Notes under the pieces: generated by a model
What the model saw: the letters and a program-made list of their open reading frames with translations, nothing else
Told to the model about the DNA's origin: nothing
Databases searched by the model: none
Translations under genes and position numbers: made by a program
Assembly (NCBI GenBank): GCA_017513085.1
Contig: JAFWDK010000022.1
Span: 32,001 to 96,000, forward strand
Reading direction: 5' to 3'
Origin: Clostridiales bacterium
GTDB lineage: Bacteria; Bacillota; Clostridia; Saccharofermentanales; Saccharofermentanaceae
Length of the DNA stretch: 64,000 nt
Shown here: positions 28,713-38,500 of the stretch, piece by piece
Layout: each line of letters opens with the position of its first letter
Position numbering within the stretch: position 1 is the stretch's first letter

Positions 28713-28976
28713 GACTATCACCCTGCTATTACCCTAGAATATTAACCATTTACACCCTACATTATACTATGTTACAGAAGTATTTCAAGGTGGAGGGGAG
28801 GGAAGATGTGGACAAATGTAAAAAAATCTCGAAACAAAAGATACAGTGGTATTATTGCCGGTTTCCGATCCAAGAGAACGAAATATATCAAGGAATAAGT
28901 GCGATTTTTGAGAAGGAAACGACCTTTGGATATGTTATCATCAAGGTATTCCGATTATGAGAAGGAGTGAAAAAGC

Positions 28977-29807
28977 ATGATCTTAGGCGGTACAGTGACA
29001 GGGAACTTTTCCGGTCCCGAAGAGTGGGAAGCGCTTCTGCAACGGTCCGGATTTAAAGCCATTACGGCTCCTTTTACATGTGAGGATGACGAAGCGACGA
29101 TCGATACATACATGAGGATCATTGAGAGAAATAAGGTCAAGATCAGTGAGATCGGCGTGTGGCGGAATATTCTGGGCGGAGACGAGAAGAATATGGCATA
29201 TGCTGTCGGACAGCTGAAACTTGCTGACAAACTGGGGATCGAGTGTTGCGTGAATATTGCCGGCACGAAGAGTACCCTTGCCTGGGATGCTGCGGATCCC
29301 GGGAATTATACCGAAGAAAACTATCGCGACATAGTCCGGAGTATCCGCCGGGTGATCGACCAGGCATCCCCGAAGAGTGCTTTTTACACGATCGAACCGA
29401 TGCCGTGGATGATACCGGACGGCCCGGACAGTTATCTCAAGCTTATCGAGGACGTGGACCGGGAGCATTTTGCCGCACATATGGATTTTGTAAACATGAT
29501 CTCGTCGCCACGGAGGTTCCTCTGCGCGGAAGAATTTATACAGGAGTGCTTCTCCAAGCTTTCACCTTTTATCAAAAGCACCCACATCAAAGACAGCAGA
29601 ATGGATCTTTCGGGATATACGACTCATATTGATGAATGCCCGCCAGGCAAGGGAACCCTCAATTATCCGGCGATCCTTCGCATCATTGACCGGTATCTTC
29701 CGGAAGATGGCGCGATCCTTTTGGAGCATATGCATAGTTTTGAAGAATACGATCAGGCATTCTGTTTCGTGAAAGAAGCGGCAAAGCAAGCACAAGTGGA
29801 GGTATAA
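28977..29807 (+). CDS. sugar phosphate isomerase/epimerase (xylose-isomerase-like TIM barrel)
   Basis: TIEPMP, HMDFVN, STHIKD, PGKG.LNY, LLEH metal ligands. Confidence 0.85.
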   Translation: MILGGTVTGNFSGPEEWEALLQRSGFKAITAPFTCEDDEATIDTYMRIIERNKVKISEIGVWRNILGGDEKNMAYAVGQLKLADKLGIECCVNIAGTKSTLAWDAADPGNYTEENYRDIVRSIRRVIDQASPKSAFYTIEPMPWMIPDGPDSYLKLIEDVDREHFAAHMDFVNMISSPRRFLCAEEFIQECFSKLSPFIKSTHIKDSRMDLSGYTTHIDECPPGKGTLNYPAILRIIDRYLPEDGAILLEHMHSFEEYDQAFCFVKEAAKQAQVEV

Positions 29808-29811
29808 GAAC

Positions 29812-30672
29812 ATGAATGAGGATTCGATCAAGATCGCAAGAGAATACATGGATCAATTGTTGGTGGAAAGCCGGATCATCGGTGCCACCCGTCCGTCGAC
29901 CAAAGTGGAGTTCTGCGGATTCGAGTTTGATACGCCGATCATGACGGCCGCGCTGAGCCATATAGATCTGGTGGGCATGGCGCAGGGAGCCGCTATGCTG
30001 CATGCTCCGGTCAGCATCGGCATGGGTGACAACGAGGAAATGAAGAAAGTCCTGGCAACAGATGCACACGTCATGAAGATCATAAAGCCTTATAAAGATA
30101 AGGATGAGATCCTGTCCCGTCTGGACTGCGCACGGGAGAACGGCGCTATGGCCGTGGGCATGGATGTCGAGCATTCCGTTAATGTGGAAGATGCCGAGGA
30201 CTCGATCGTGGTGGGCAAGGAGATGAAACTTCCGACGCTGGAAGAACTTCGAGAGTATGTGGAATATGCGAAACTGCCGTTTTTCATCAAGGGCGCGCTG
30301 AGCGTGCATGATGCGCAAAGCGCACTGGATCTGGGATGTAAGGGCATCATACTGAGCCACCATAACGGATTGATGCGGTGTGCGGTGCCGCCTGTTATGC
30401 TTCTTCCGGAGATCCGCGATGCCGTGGGCGATTCATTGATCTTGATCGTGGATGGCGGGATCGAGAGTGGTTTTGATGCGTTCAAAGCACTGGCTCTGGG
30501 CGCAGATCTGGTAACTGTGGGAAAGTGCCTCATGGATCCGCTGAAAAATGAGGGCGCGCAAGGTGTCTTCGGCGTTCTGAAGAAAATGACCGGCGAACTT
30601 TCTGCCATGATGCTCCGCACGGCATCCAAAGATGTCAAGAGCATCGACCCGAGTGTGATCTGGAGAATGTAA
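29812..30672 (+). CDS. FMN-dependent alpha-hydroxy-acid oxidase/dehydrogenase family protein
   Basis: TPIMTAALS, GMDVEH, PFFIKG, ILSHHNG, VDGGIESG.DAFKALALGAD.V. Confidence 0.85.
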   Translation: MNEDSIKIAREYMDQLLVESRIIGATRPSTKVEFCGFEFDTPIMTAALSHIDLVGMAQGAAMLHAPVSIGMGDNEEMKKVLATDAHVMKIIKPYKDKDEILSRLDCARENGAMAVGMDVEHSVNVEDAEDSIVVGKEMKLPTLEELREYVEYAKLPFFIKGALSVHDAQSALDLGCKGIILSHHNGLMRCAVPPVMLLPEIRDAVGDSLILIVDGGIESGFDAFKALALGADLVTVGKCLMDPLKNEGAQGVFGVLKKMTGELSAMMLRTASKDVKSIDPSVIWRM

Positions 30673-30755
30673 AACTTCGCATAGACACGAACGAAACTTT
30701 TCACATATAATAAAAGAAGTTTTGTCAGCATGAAAATGCGGAAAGGGTGTGTGAT

Positions 30756-31868
30756 ATGAAGATCGGATGTGTAAAAGAGATCAAGAACAATGAGTTTCGA
30801 GTTGGTTTGACACCGGATAACGTAAAAGCATACGTTTCTGCCGGCCACCACGTTTATGTGGAAAAGGGCGCAGGCGTTGGTTCCGGTTTTACGGACAATG
30901 AGTACGTAGACGCAGGCGCGTCTTTGATCGACAATGCCGCAGATGTTTGGAATCTTGTGGACATGATGATCAAGGTCAAAGAGCCGCTTCCGGAAGAATA
31001 TCCGTTGTTCCGTGAGGGTTTGATCCTTTATACATATCTGCATCTTGCTGCGGATAAGGAGCAGGCGGAGGCTCTTCTGGCCGGAAAGGTCAAGGCGGTT
31101 GCCTACGAGACGATCCAGGAAAAAGACCGTTCTCTTCCGTGTCTGGCGCCGATGTCCCAGATTGCCGGACGTCTCTCCATTCAGGAAGGCGCGAAATATC
31201 TTGAGAAGAAATTCGGCGGCGAAGGTATCCTTCTTGCCGGTGTTCCGGGAACCCCGAAGGCGAACGTGGTTATCCTCGGAGGCGGTACAGTAGGTATGAA
31301 TGCCTGCAAGATCGCTGTGGGTATGGGTGCTAACGTTACGATCCTTGATGTCAACCTGAAGCGTCTGGAAGAACTGGACAACATGTTCGGTGCTCATATC
31401 CAGACTCTCGTAAGTAACGATTCCAATGTGGAACGCGTCGTGAAGGACGCTGATCTGGTCATCGGTTCCGTACTGATCCCGGGTGGTTCCACACCGAAGC
31501 TCTTTAAGAAGAAATATCTGCCGGAAATGAAAGATGGCGCTGTATTTGTAGACGTAGCGATCGACCAGGGCGGTTGCGGTGAATCTTCTCACGTCACGAC
31601 ACATGATGATCCGGTCTTTATCGAAGATGGTGTCGTACACTACTGCGTAGGCAATATGCCCGGTGCCGTTCCGAGAACGAGCACGATCGCGCTGACCAAT
31701 GCTACATTGCGTTATGGCATGCAGATCGCGTCTTTGGGACTTGAAGAAGCATGTAAGCAGAGCGAAGTAATTGCTTCCGGCGTAAACTGCTACGATGGAA
31801 AGGTCACCAATAAGAATGTTGCGAAGGCACTCGGCATGGAGTGCGCGGATCTGGCACAGTTGATCTAA
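30756..31868 (+). CDS. ald: alanine dehydrogenase
   Basis: MKIGCVKEIKNNEFRVGLTP, KVKEP, YLHLAA, PMSQIAGR, VDVAIDQGG, NMPGAVPRTST. Confidence 0.97.
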   Translation: MKIGCVKEIKNNEFRVGLTPDNVKAYVSAGHHVYVEKGAGVGSGFTDNEYVDAGASLIDNAADVWNLVDMMIKVKEPLPEEYPLFREGLILYTYLHLAADKEQAEALLAGKVKAVAYETIQEKDRSLPCLAPMSQIAGRLSIQEGAKYLEKKFGGEGILLAGVPGTPKANVVILGGGTVGMNACKIAVGMGANVTILDVNLKRLEELDNMFGAHIQTLVSNDSNVERVVKDADLVIGSVLIPGGSTPKLFKKKYLPEMKDGAVFVDVAIDQGGCGESSHVTTHDDPVFIEDGVVHYCVGNMPGAVPRTSTIALTNATLRYGMQIASLGLEEACKQSEVIASGVNCYDGKVTNKNVAKALGMECADLAQLI

Positions 31869-31904
31869 GCGATCCGGTTTCCTTTCGTTTTTGATTTGAA
31901 ATAC

Positions 31905-31950
31905 AATAGCCCGTCATATCAGCTGAAAGGCTTGGTATGCCGGGCTATTT
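31905..31950. terminator. bidirectional terminator between ald and MATE
   Basis: AATAGCCCG...CGGGCTATT inverted repeat. Confidence 0.65.
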
Positions 31951-33327
31951 AACAATGTTCCGGATCCAGATCCCGCTTCTTACCAGAATAAAGCCGATGA
32001 GGCACTTGACGATCTCGAGTGAGCGGACGATGGCCACGAGCCATACAACATATATTGAGGTATAACGGCTTAATATAAAAGCAACCGGCACAGCGATGAC
32101 CCAGGTGTAGCAACTGTCGAAAAGCACTGTCACGAATGTGTTGCCGCCGGCGCGAAGTATAAAATACGACGCGTGGGTATACGAACAGAAGGGCATCATG
32201 ATGCCGGCAATGATGATGAAATAAGTAGCTGTGGTACGTATCGCGCCGGAAGTATTATAAAGATACGGAAATACCGGAGAGATCACGACCATGAGGACGC
32301 CGAAGATCAACCCGCAAAGAACAGTGAAGAGACGCATCTTGTACGCGTCTTTTTTTGCCCGATCCAATTGCCCGCTTCCTAGGATATGACCCATTACGAT
32401 ACCCACGGCTTCACCCATGGCGATAAAAGCAACGCCCATGAGATTCCAGATGGTGGATTCAATGTTCAGAGACGCCACAGCATCCAGACTCCGATAAGAG
32501 TAGCACTGGTTCATGGTCGTGGTGCCCAGCGCCCAGAGCGACTCGTTAGCCATAAGAGGCAGTGCTTTGAACGTAAACTTTCTGACCATTTCACGTGGAA
32601 CGGTCAACCTGGCAAAAGCGCCACGGATAAACGGGAAGGTGTCGGCGTGAAGACCGGTATAGACGATGAGGATCGCAAGTTCTACGAAACGGGAAATAAC
32701 AGTGGCGATAGCGGCTCCGGTCGCGCCCAGTGCCGGAAGACCGAGATATCCGTAGATCAGGAGCGTGTTGCCGATAAGGTTTACGAAGATCGCGAATAAA
32801 GAAGCAAACATGGGCACTTTGGTCTGTCCCTGATCTTTAAGGGTACCGGAGTATGCCTGCGTAAGTCCGATCGGGATGAGGCTGATGAGGATGATACGGA
32901 TGTAGTCGATACCGATCTTCAGGATCTCTTCCGCATCGGCCGGATCACCTTCGCCTTGAAGGAAAAGACGGATCAGGTAAGGGGAAAAGAGCGCGAAGAT
33001 CAGGACACAGAGCGCGGAAAGAAGCGTATTGGCTACGATCTTGAAACGGAAAGAATAACGGATTCCATCTGTATCGCCTTTGCCGTGGTATTGCGCGGTA
33101 AAAATGCCGACCCCCGCCGTAGCACCGAAAATGACAAGGTAGAAGATAAAGATCAGCTGGTTAGCGATGGCCACGCCGGAAAGCGCGTTCGTACCCACCC
33201 GTCCGATCATGAGATTGTCCAGCAGGTTTACGAAATTGGAAATACCGTTTTGCACCATCATCGGGATGGCGATCAGCAGAAGCCTCGAGTAGAAGCCCTT
33301 ATTCTCTTTGGTCAGATCCGTTGTCAT
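31945..33327 (-). CDS. MATE family efflux transporter
   Basis: IAIPMMVQN..SNFVNLLDNLMIG, AQYHG, GATGAAIATVISR; ATG 33327 behind AAGGAGA. Confidence 0.9.
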   Translation of the reverse strand: MTTDLTKENKGFYSRLLLIAIPMMVQNGISNFVNLLDNLMIGRVGTNALSGVAIANQLIFIFYLVIFGATAGVGIFTAQYHGKGDTDGIRYSFRFKIVANTLLSALCVLIFALFSPYLIRLFLQGEGDPADAEEILKIGIDYIRIILISLIPIGLTQAYSGTLKDQGQTKVPMFASLFAIFVNLIGNTLLIYGYLGLPALGATGAAIATVISRFVELAILIVYTGLHADTFPFIRGAFARLTVPREMVRKFTFKALPLMANESLWALGTTTMNQCYSYRSLDAVASLNIESTIWNLMGVAFIAMGEAVGIVMGHILGSGQLDRAKKDAYKMRLFTVLCGLIFGVLMVVISPVFPYLYNTSGAIRTTATYFIIIAGIMMPFCSYTHASYFILRAGGNTFVTVLFDSCYTWVIAVPVAFILSRYTSIYVVWLVAIVRSLEIVKCLIGFILVRSGIWIRNIVK

Positions 33328-33461
33328 GTTAGTCTCCTTCAGCAAGTCTATGTATTCTATCAAAAAGCACTTTCGCCTACAATATGCGCGTGCGTATTTA
33401 TACGAACAGGCTAGGTTGATTCGCGGGAGCGGACGTGGTATCTTTCAAAAGGAGGCAAAAC

Positions 33462-34439
33462 ATGAGTACAAAAGACGAATTACTGAAACTTTTTGAGAGC
33501 AATAAAGGAAAGTTCCTGTCGGGTGGTGAGATCGCGGAAAAACTGCAGATCTCCAGGACGGCCATATGGAAGGCTGTCGAGTCGTTGCGCGCGGAGGGCT
33601 ATTCCATCGAGGCGGTGAAATCGCAAGGTTACAGTCTTTCTCCTGATACTGACATAGTGTCTTCGCAAGGTGTGAAGAAATACTTGAAAAAGGACCTCGA
33701 CATCACAGTAATGGAAGAGGTTGCCTCCACAAATACGGTTGTAAAAGAACTGGCCATGGCCGGTGAACGGGAGGGAAAGACAGTGATCGCCAACTCCCAG
33801 ACCGGAGGAAAAGGAAGAATGGGCAGGAAGTTCTTCTCGCCCAGAAATTCCGGTGTATATATCAGCGTCCTGTTGCGACCGGATGCGATGCTTCCGGAGC
33901 GTGCACTGAAGATCACGACGATGGCTGCCGTTGCGGCAAGCCGGGCAATCGAGGAAGTGACCGGTAAAGAAGCGCTGATCAAGTGGGTCAATGATATTTT
34001 CGTGGAAGACAGGAAGGTGGTCGGGATACTGACCGAGGCGTCGATGAGCATGGAGAGCGGCCATCTGGAGTTTGCCGTACTTGGCATCGGGTTTAATGTG
34101 TATGAGCCGGAAGGCGGTTTCCCGGAGGAACTGAAGACGATCGCCGGCGCGCTTCTTTCCGAGAAGATGCCGGACGCGAAGAACCGGATCGCAGCGGCGT
34201 TTCTGAATCACTTCTTTGAGATCTACGATGATGTGGAGCATCTGCATTACGAAGAATACTATAAGGAAAAGAGCCTGGTGCTCGGCAAGGATGTGGACGT
34301 GCTGGCCGCTTCCGGCACGCGTCGCGCCAAGGTCCTGGATATCACAGAAGATTGCAATCTGGTCGTGTGTTATGACGATGGCAGTAAGACGGTCCTGTCT
34401 TCCGGAGAGGTACGCATCAGGCCGATCCTGAAAAAATAA
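33462..34439 (+). CDS. birA: bifunctional biotin protein ligase / repressor
   Basis: N-terminal HTH (SGGEIAEKLQISRTAIWK), STN, QTGGKGRMGR, IKWVND, KVVGILTE, SGEV. Confidence 0.95.
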   Translation: MSTKDELLKLFESNKGKFLSGGEIAEKLQISRTAIWKAVESLRAEGYSIEAVKSQGYSLSPDTDIVSSQGVKKYLKKDLDITVMEEVASTNTVVKELAMAGEREGKTVIANSQTGGKGRMGRKFFSPRNSGVYISVLLRPDAMLPERALKITTMAAVAASRAIEEVTGKEALIKWVNDIFVEDRKVVGILTEASMSMESGHLEFAVLGIGFNVYEPEGGFPEELKTIAGALLSEKMPDAKNRIAAAFLNHFFEIYDDVEHLHYEEYYKEKSLVLGKDVDVLAASGTRRAKVLDITEDCNLVVCYDDGSKTVLSSGEVRIRPILKK

Positions 34440-34514
34440 GGCGCGAAACAAAGCTTGATGGATCTTCCCGTTTCTCAATCTGTTTGATTTATATATGAAA
34501 GTTCATCTCTGTGC

Positions 34515-34575
34515 TTGACTTATACCCCCTGGGGGTATAGAATGTCAGGTAGAAATATACCCTGTGGGGGTATAT
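34515..34575 (+). promoter_or_regulatory. csoR-copA promoter with two CsoR operators
   Basis: TTGACT (34515)-17-TAGAAT (34538); TATACCCCCTGGGGGTATA in the spacer and ATATACCCTGTGGGGGTATAT at 34555-34575. Confidence 0.88.
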
Positions 34576-34603
34576 GAACCAAACTGCAAGGAGTGACCGG
34601 AAA

Positions 34604-34915
34604 ATGAGCGAAACCAAGAAATGCCCGCACTGTGCAAGCAGAAAGAAATTACGGACCGAGGAAGAGAAGAAGATACTTCTGACGAGATTGAAAAAGGCAG
34701 AAGGACAGATCCGCGGGATAGAGAAAATGATCACGGAAGATGCGTATTGTCCGGATATTCTTGTGCAGGTCTCGGCGGTGACCTCCGCACTGAACAGTTT
34801 TAACAAAGAGCTTATGGCGTGCCATATGCGTTCTTGCGTGACAGAGGATATCCGGGCGGGCAAGGATGAGGCAATCGATGAATTCGTGAAGATCATGCAG
34901 AAATTGATGAAATAA
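34604..34915 (+). CDS. csoR: copper-sensing repressor CsoR
   Basis: RLKKAEGQIRGIEKMI..DAYCPDIL.Q...HMRSCV (C-H-C ligands). Confidence 0.92.
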   Translation: MSETKKCPHCASRKKLRTEEEKKILLTRLKKAEGQIRGIEKMITEDAYCPDILVQVSAVTSALNSFNKELMACHMRSCVTEDIRAGKDEAIDEFVKIMQKLMK

Positions 34916-34998
34916 AAACTGTGCGGGAGTCGCGCTGTCACGATTAGCGGCTCAGGTACAGATATTCGTCACGAAAGTGGCTGGAAATGGAAGATTGA

Positions 34999-37614
34999 AT
35001 GATACAGTTTCAGGTAACAGGAATGAGTTGCGCGGCTTGCTCCGCGCGCGTGGAAAAAGCAGTATCGAAGGTCCCGGGCGTGTCGTCCGTTTCGGTGAGT
35101 CTTTTGACTAACTCTATGGGCGTGGAGGGAAGTTTCGATCCCGCTGCGGTCATTGCAGCAGTCCAGGCTGCCGGTTACGGGGCGCAAATGAAATCTTCGG
35201 ATGGAGAGGGATCCGGGTCACAGGTTTCATCCGGAGGCTCATCTTCATGGAACCGGGAAGCGGAAGCGCTTCGTGATACAGAAACGCCCATCCTGGTCAG
35301 AAGACTGATCCGGTCGATCATCTTTCTACTGCTTCTCATGTATGTATCGATGGGCCACAATATGCTTGGCTTGCCTTTGCCATCCTATTTCCACGGGAAT
35401 TATCTGGCTTTGACGCTTACCCAGATGATCCTGGCCACCATTGTCATGCTTATCAACAAGAAGTTTTTCGTCAACGGATTCGGAGCGATCCGCCATGGTT
35501 CACCGAATATGGACACGCTTGTCGCGCTGGGTTCCTCCGTGTCATTCCTTTGGAGCACTTATGTTTTCTTTGCCATGTGCGGAAAGATCACGGATGGCGC
35601 AGCCAATTCAACCCTGATGAACATGTACCATGGGCAACTGTATTTCGAATCCGCCGCCATGATCCCTGCACTCATTACTGTGGGGAAGACTCTTGAATCT
35701 TTATCCAAGGGCCGCACAACAAGTGCGCTGAAGAGCCTTTTGGACCTGGCACCGAAGACGGCCAAAGTCATCCGCCCGCAAGCCTGTGCAGCGGGGACGG
35801 AGCGTGCCGCGTCCTGTGCCATGGAAACCGAGGTTGAAGTTCCGATCGAAGACGTCCGGGTGGGAGACATTTTTGTAGTACGTCCCGGTGACAATATTCC
35901 GGTAGACGGCCTTGTGATCGAGGGTATGAGTGCGGTAAACGAGTCAGCGCTGACCGGCGAGTCGATACCGGTCGATAAAGAGCCGGGCGATAAAGTCAGC
36001 GCAGCGACGAGTAATGTTTCCGGATTTCTCAAGTGCCGTGCAACAAGGATCGGTGAAGACACGACCTGGTCACAGATCGTGCGCCTGGTTTCCGATGCTG
36101 CCGCTACAAAAGCACCGGTCGCGCGAATTGCCGATAAGGTTTCGGGGATCTTCGTTCCTACGGTTATCGGAATTGCTATCTTTGTCTGCATAGGTTGGCT
36201 GATATACGGCGAGACCCTGAGTTTCGCGCTGGCACGGGCGATATCCGTCCTCGTGATCTCATGTCCATGCGCACTCGGACTTGCCACTCCGGTTGCCATC
36301 ATGGTGGGAAATGGACTTGGCGCGAAGAACGGAGTGCTTGTTAAGACCGGCGAGGCTCTGGAAAAAGCGGGGAAAGCGCAGATCGTACTATTAGACAAGA
36401 CGGGCACCATCACGTCCGGCCAGCCGGAGGTAACCGATATTTTCCCGGCAAAGGGAGTTTCGGAAGAAGATCTGCTTACAAAAGCCTGTGCTCTGGAAAA
36501 ACTCAGCGAGCATCCATTAGCACGCGCGGTCGTAGCGGAGTATGACAAGCGCAATCTGACACAAAAGCTTCCGGAGGTAAGTGCTTTTGAAGTACATGCC
36601 GGACACGGTCTGGAAGGACGGATCAATGGTAAGCATATTCACGGCGGAAACGGCAGATATATACGTGCATTGACTACGGTCGACGATCATTTTTCCAAGG
36701 TTGAAGAGGATCTCACCAGGGGCGGAAAGACGCCGCTTTTCTTTGAGGAGAACGGATCGCTTCTGGGCATTGTTTCCGTAGCGGATACGATCAAAGAGGA
36801 TTCAGAAGAAGGTATCCGCCAGCTGAAAAAACTCGGGCTGCATGTTCTGATGCTGACCGGTGACAATGCCCGTACGGCGGCTTCTATCGGAGAAAAAGCC
36901 GGCGTCGACGATGTGATCTCGGATGTCCTTCCGGACGGAAAAGCGGAGATCGTGACGGAACTTCAGAAGCAGGGCAGTGTCATCATGGTCGGAGACGGCA
37001 TTAATGATGCGCCGGCGCTGACGACGGCCGATGTCGGGATCGCCATCGGAGCCGGCACGGATGTCGCCATAGAGAGTGCGGACATTGTACTCATGAACAG
37101 TTCTTTGACCGATGTTCCGGCCGCGATACGCCTTAGCAGAAAGACTCTCCGAAACATCCATGAGAACCTTTTCTGGGCTTTTTTCTACAATCTGATCTGC
37201 ATACCGGTTGCTGCCGGTATCCTGTCCTGGAAGATGAATCCGATGCTGGGCGCCGCCGCCATGAGTATCTCCAGTTTTACAGTCTGCATGAATGCGCTCA
37301 GGCTCAATCTCTTTAAGATGCGGGATCCATCCCGCGACAAGCCTCTTCACAGGGGAACCCTGAAACAGATAACGATCCCGAAAAGGAAGAAAGGAAGTGT
37401 AACCATGAAAAAAACATTGAAGATCGAAGGCATGATGTGTGAGCATTGTGAGGCTTCCGTGAAAAAAGCACTGGAGGCTCTGCCTTTTATCACCAGCGCG
37501 ATTCCGAACCATTCTGAGAACATCGCGACAGTAGAGGTCGAGGGTGATTTTGATGAGGAAAAAGTCCGCGAAGTGATCGAGGGAAAAGACTATAAGTACC
37601 TGGGCGCGGAGTGA
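34999..37614 (+). CDS. copA: Cu(I)-translocating P1B-type ATPase with N- and C-terminal HMA domains
   Basis: GMSCAAC, TGES, CPCALGLATP, DKTGT, SEHP, GDGINDAP, YN and MSISS; C-terminal GMMCEHC. Confidence 0.95.
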   Translation: MIQFQVTGMSCAACSARVEKAVSKVPGVSSVSVSLLTNSMGVEGSFDPAAVIAAVQAAGYGAQMKSSDGEGSGSQVSSGGSSSWNREAEALRDTETPILVRRLIRSIIFLLLLMYVSMGHNMLGLPLPSYFHGNYLALTLTQMILATIVMLINKKFFVNGFGAIRHGSPNMDTLVALGSSVSFLWSTYVFFAMCGKITDGAANSTLMNMYHGQLYFESAAMIPALITVGKTLESLSKGRTTSALKSLLDLAPKTAKVIRPQACAAGTERAASCAMETEVEVPIEDVRVGDIFVVRPGDNIPVDGLVIEGMSAVNESALTGESIPVDKEPGDKVSAATSNVSGFLKCRATRIGEDTTWSQIVRLVSDAAATKAPVARIADKVSGIFVPTVIGIAIFVCIGWLIYGETLSFALARAISVLVISCPCALGLATPVAIMVGNGLGAKNGVLVKTGEALEKAGKAQIVLLDKTGTITSGQPEVTDIFPAKGVSEEDLLTKACALEKLSEHPLARAVVAEYDKRNLTQKLPEVSAFEVHAGHGLEGRINGKHIHGGNGRYIRALTTVDDHFSKVEEDLTRGGKTPLFFEENGSLLGIVSVADTIKEDSEEGIRQLKKLGLHVLMLTGDNARTAASIGEKAGVDDVISDVLPDGKAEIVTELQKQGSVIMVGDGINDAPALTTADVGIAIGAGTDVAIESADIVLMNSSLTDVPAAIRLSRKTLRNIHENLFWAFFYNLICIPVAAGILSWKMNPMLGAAAMSISSFTVCMNALRLNLFKMRDPSRDKPLHRGTLKQITIPKRKKGSVTMKKTLKIEGMMCEHCEASVKKALEALPFITSAIPNHSENIATVEVEGDFDEEKVREVIEGKDYKYLGAE

Positions 37615-37631
37615 GCGGAAAAGCCGATCTT

Positions 37632-37669
37632 CAGCACAGAGGATGAGTGGATCCTCTGTGCTGTTTTTT
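37632..37669 (+). terminator. copA terminator
   Basis: CAGCACAGAGGAT-loop-ATCCTCTGTGCTG-T6. Confidence 0.85.
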
Positions 37670-37786
37670 GTAGCCGAAACTTAATAATACGTCATAAAAG
37701 GCGGTGCTTTTTGTGATAGAATCAAATTATCGATAAATATGTCTCCGATGGGGTGAATCTCGGACGAGGGTAAGGAAGGTGATTTT

Positions 37787-38386
37787 ATGGATCTTGTAAA
37801 AATGCTTCTCAGCAATATGACTTCGGAGTCTTCGCTTTCTGCGTTGACAGGAAAGACCGGCGGTTCGGCAGATCAGGTCGAGAGTGCCATTACTTCGGCG
37901 ATTCCGTCTTTGATCGGTTCGATGACAAAGAATGCTTCCTCGTCGGATGGTGCAAAATCACTGTTGGGTGCTCTGTCTCAGCATAAAGATACGAATTCGA
38001 TCTCTTCTCAGATCGAGAATGCCGACGAAGAGGACGGCGGCAAGATCATCGGCAAGATCATGGGTGGCGATAAGGACGATTTCATTTCCAAGATCGCTTC
38101 TAAGTCCGGCCTGAACCTGGGTCAGACAAATTCTGTATTGAGCTCTATCGCTCCGGCGATCCTCAGCTTTATTTCCGATATGGCGAAGCCGGATACGCCT
38201 GAATCCCAGGCGAAAGAAGCGGCAGAGAGAGCGGAGAAGGCAGCGAGCGATGATTCTTCTTTCCTCGGCGGTTTTTTCAAGAGCTTCTTGAAGAGCGGTG
38301 ACGATAAAGAAGACGATGGCAAGTCCGATTCTGATTCAGGATTTGACGGCGGCGATCTTCTTGGCATGCTGAAGAAGTTTATGTAA
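37787..38386 (+). CDS. DUF937-like protein
   Basis: AIPSLIGSM..NAS...GA.SL..AL.QH...DGGKI...APAIL pattern. Confidence 0.75.
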   Translation: MDLVKMLLSNMTSESSLSALTGKTGGSADQVESAITSAIPSLIGSMTKNASSSDGAKSLLGALSQHKDTNSISSQIENADEEDGGKIIGKIMGGDKDDFISKIASKSGLNLGQTNSVLSSIAPAILSFISDMAKPDTPESQAKEAAERAEKAASDDSSFLGGFFKSFLKSGDDKEDDGKSDSDSGFDGGDLLGMLKKFM

Positions 38387-38500
38387 TCTCACATTGTTTT
38401 CATTTCTGTCCCGGGATCGAAGATTCGGTTCCGGGCAGATATATATTATTGCAAAGAGCGTGTTTTCGGGGAACAAAGAAAAATAAGGAAGGTTGATTTT

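Noticed and set aside
30090-31640. 516-aa antisense ORF over ald and the oxidase (likewise 2620-3699, 27495-28607, 33480-34478, 35559-36626, 38606-39589, 44305-45285)
   Set aside because: These are shadow ORFs opposite well-supported genes. They have no RBS or recognisable motifs and are expected from codon bias.
33328-33461. BirA operator or riboswitch between MATE and birA
   Set aside because: No TGTAAACC-N-GGTTTACA-like palindrome or recognisable aptamer is present.
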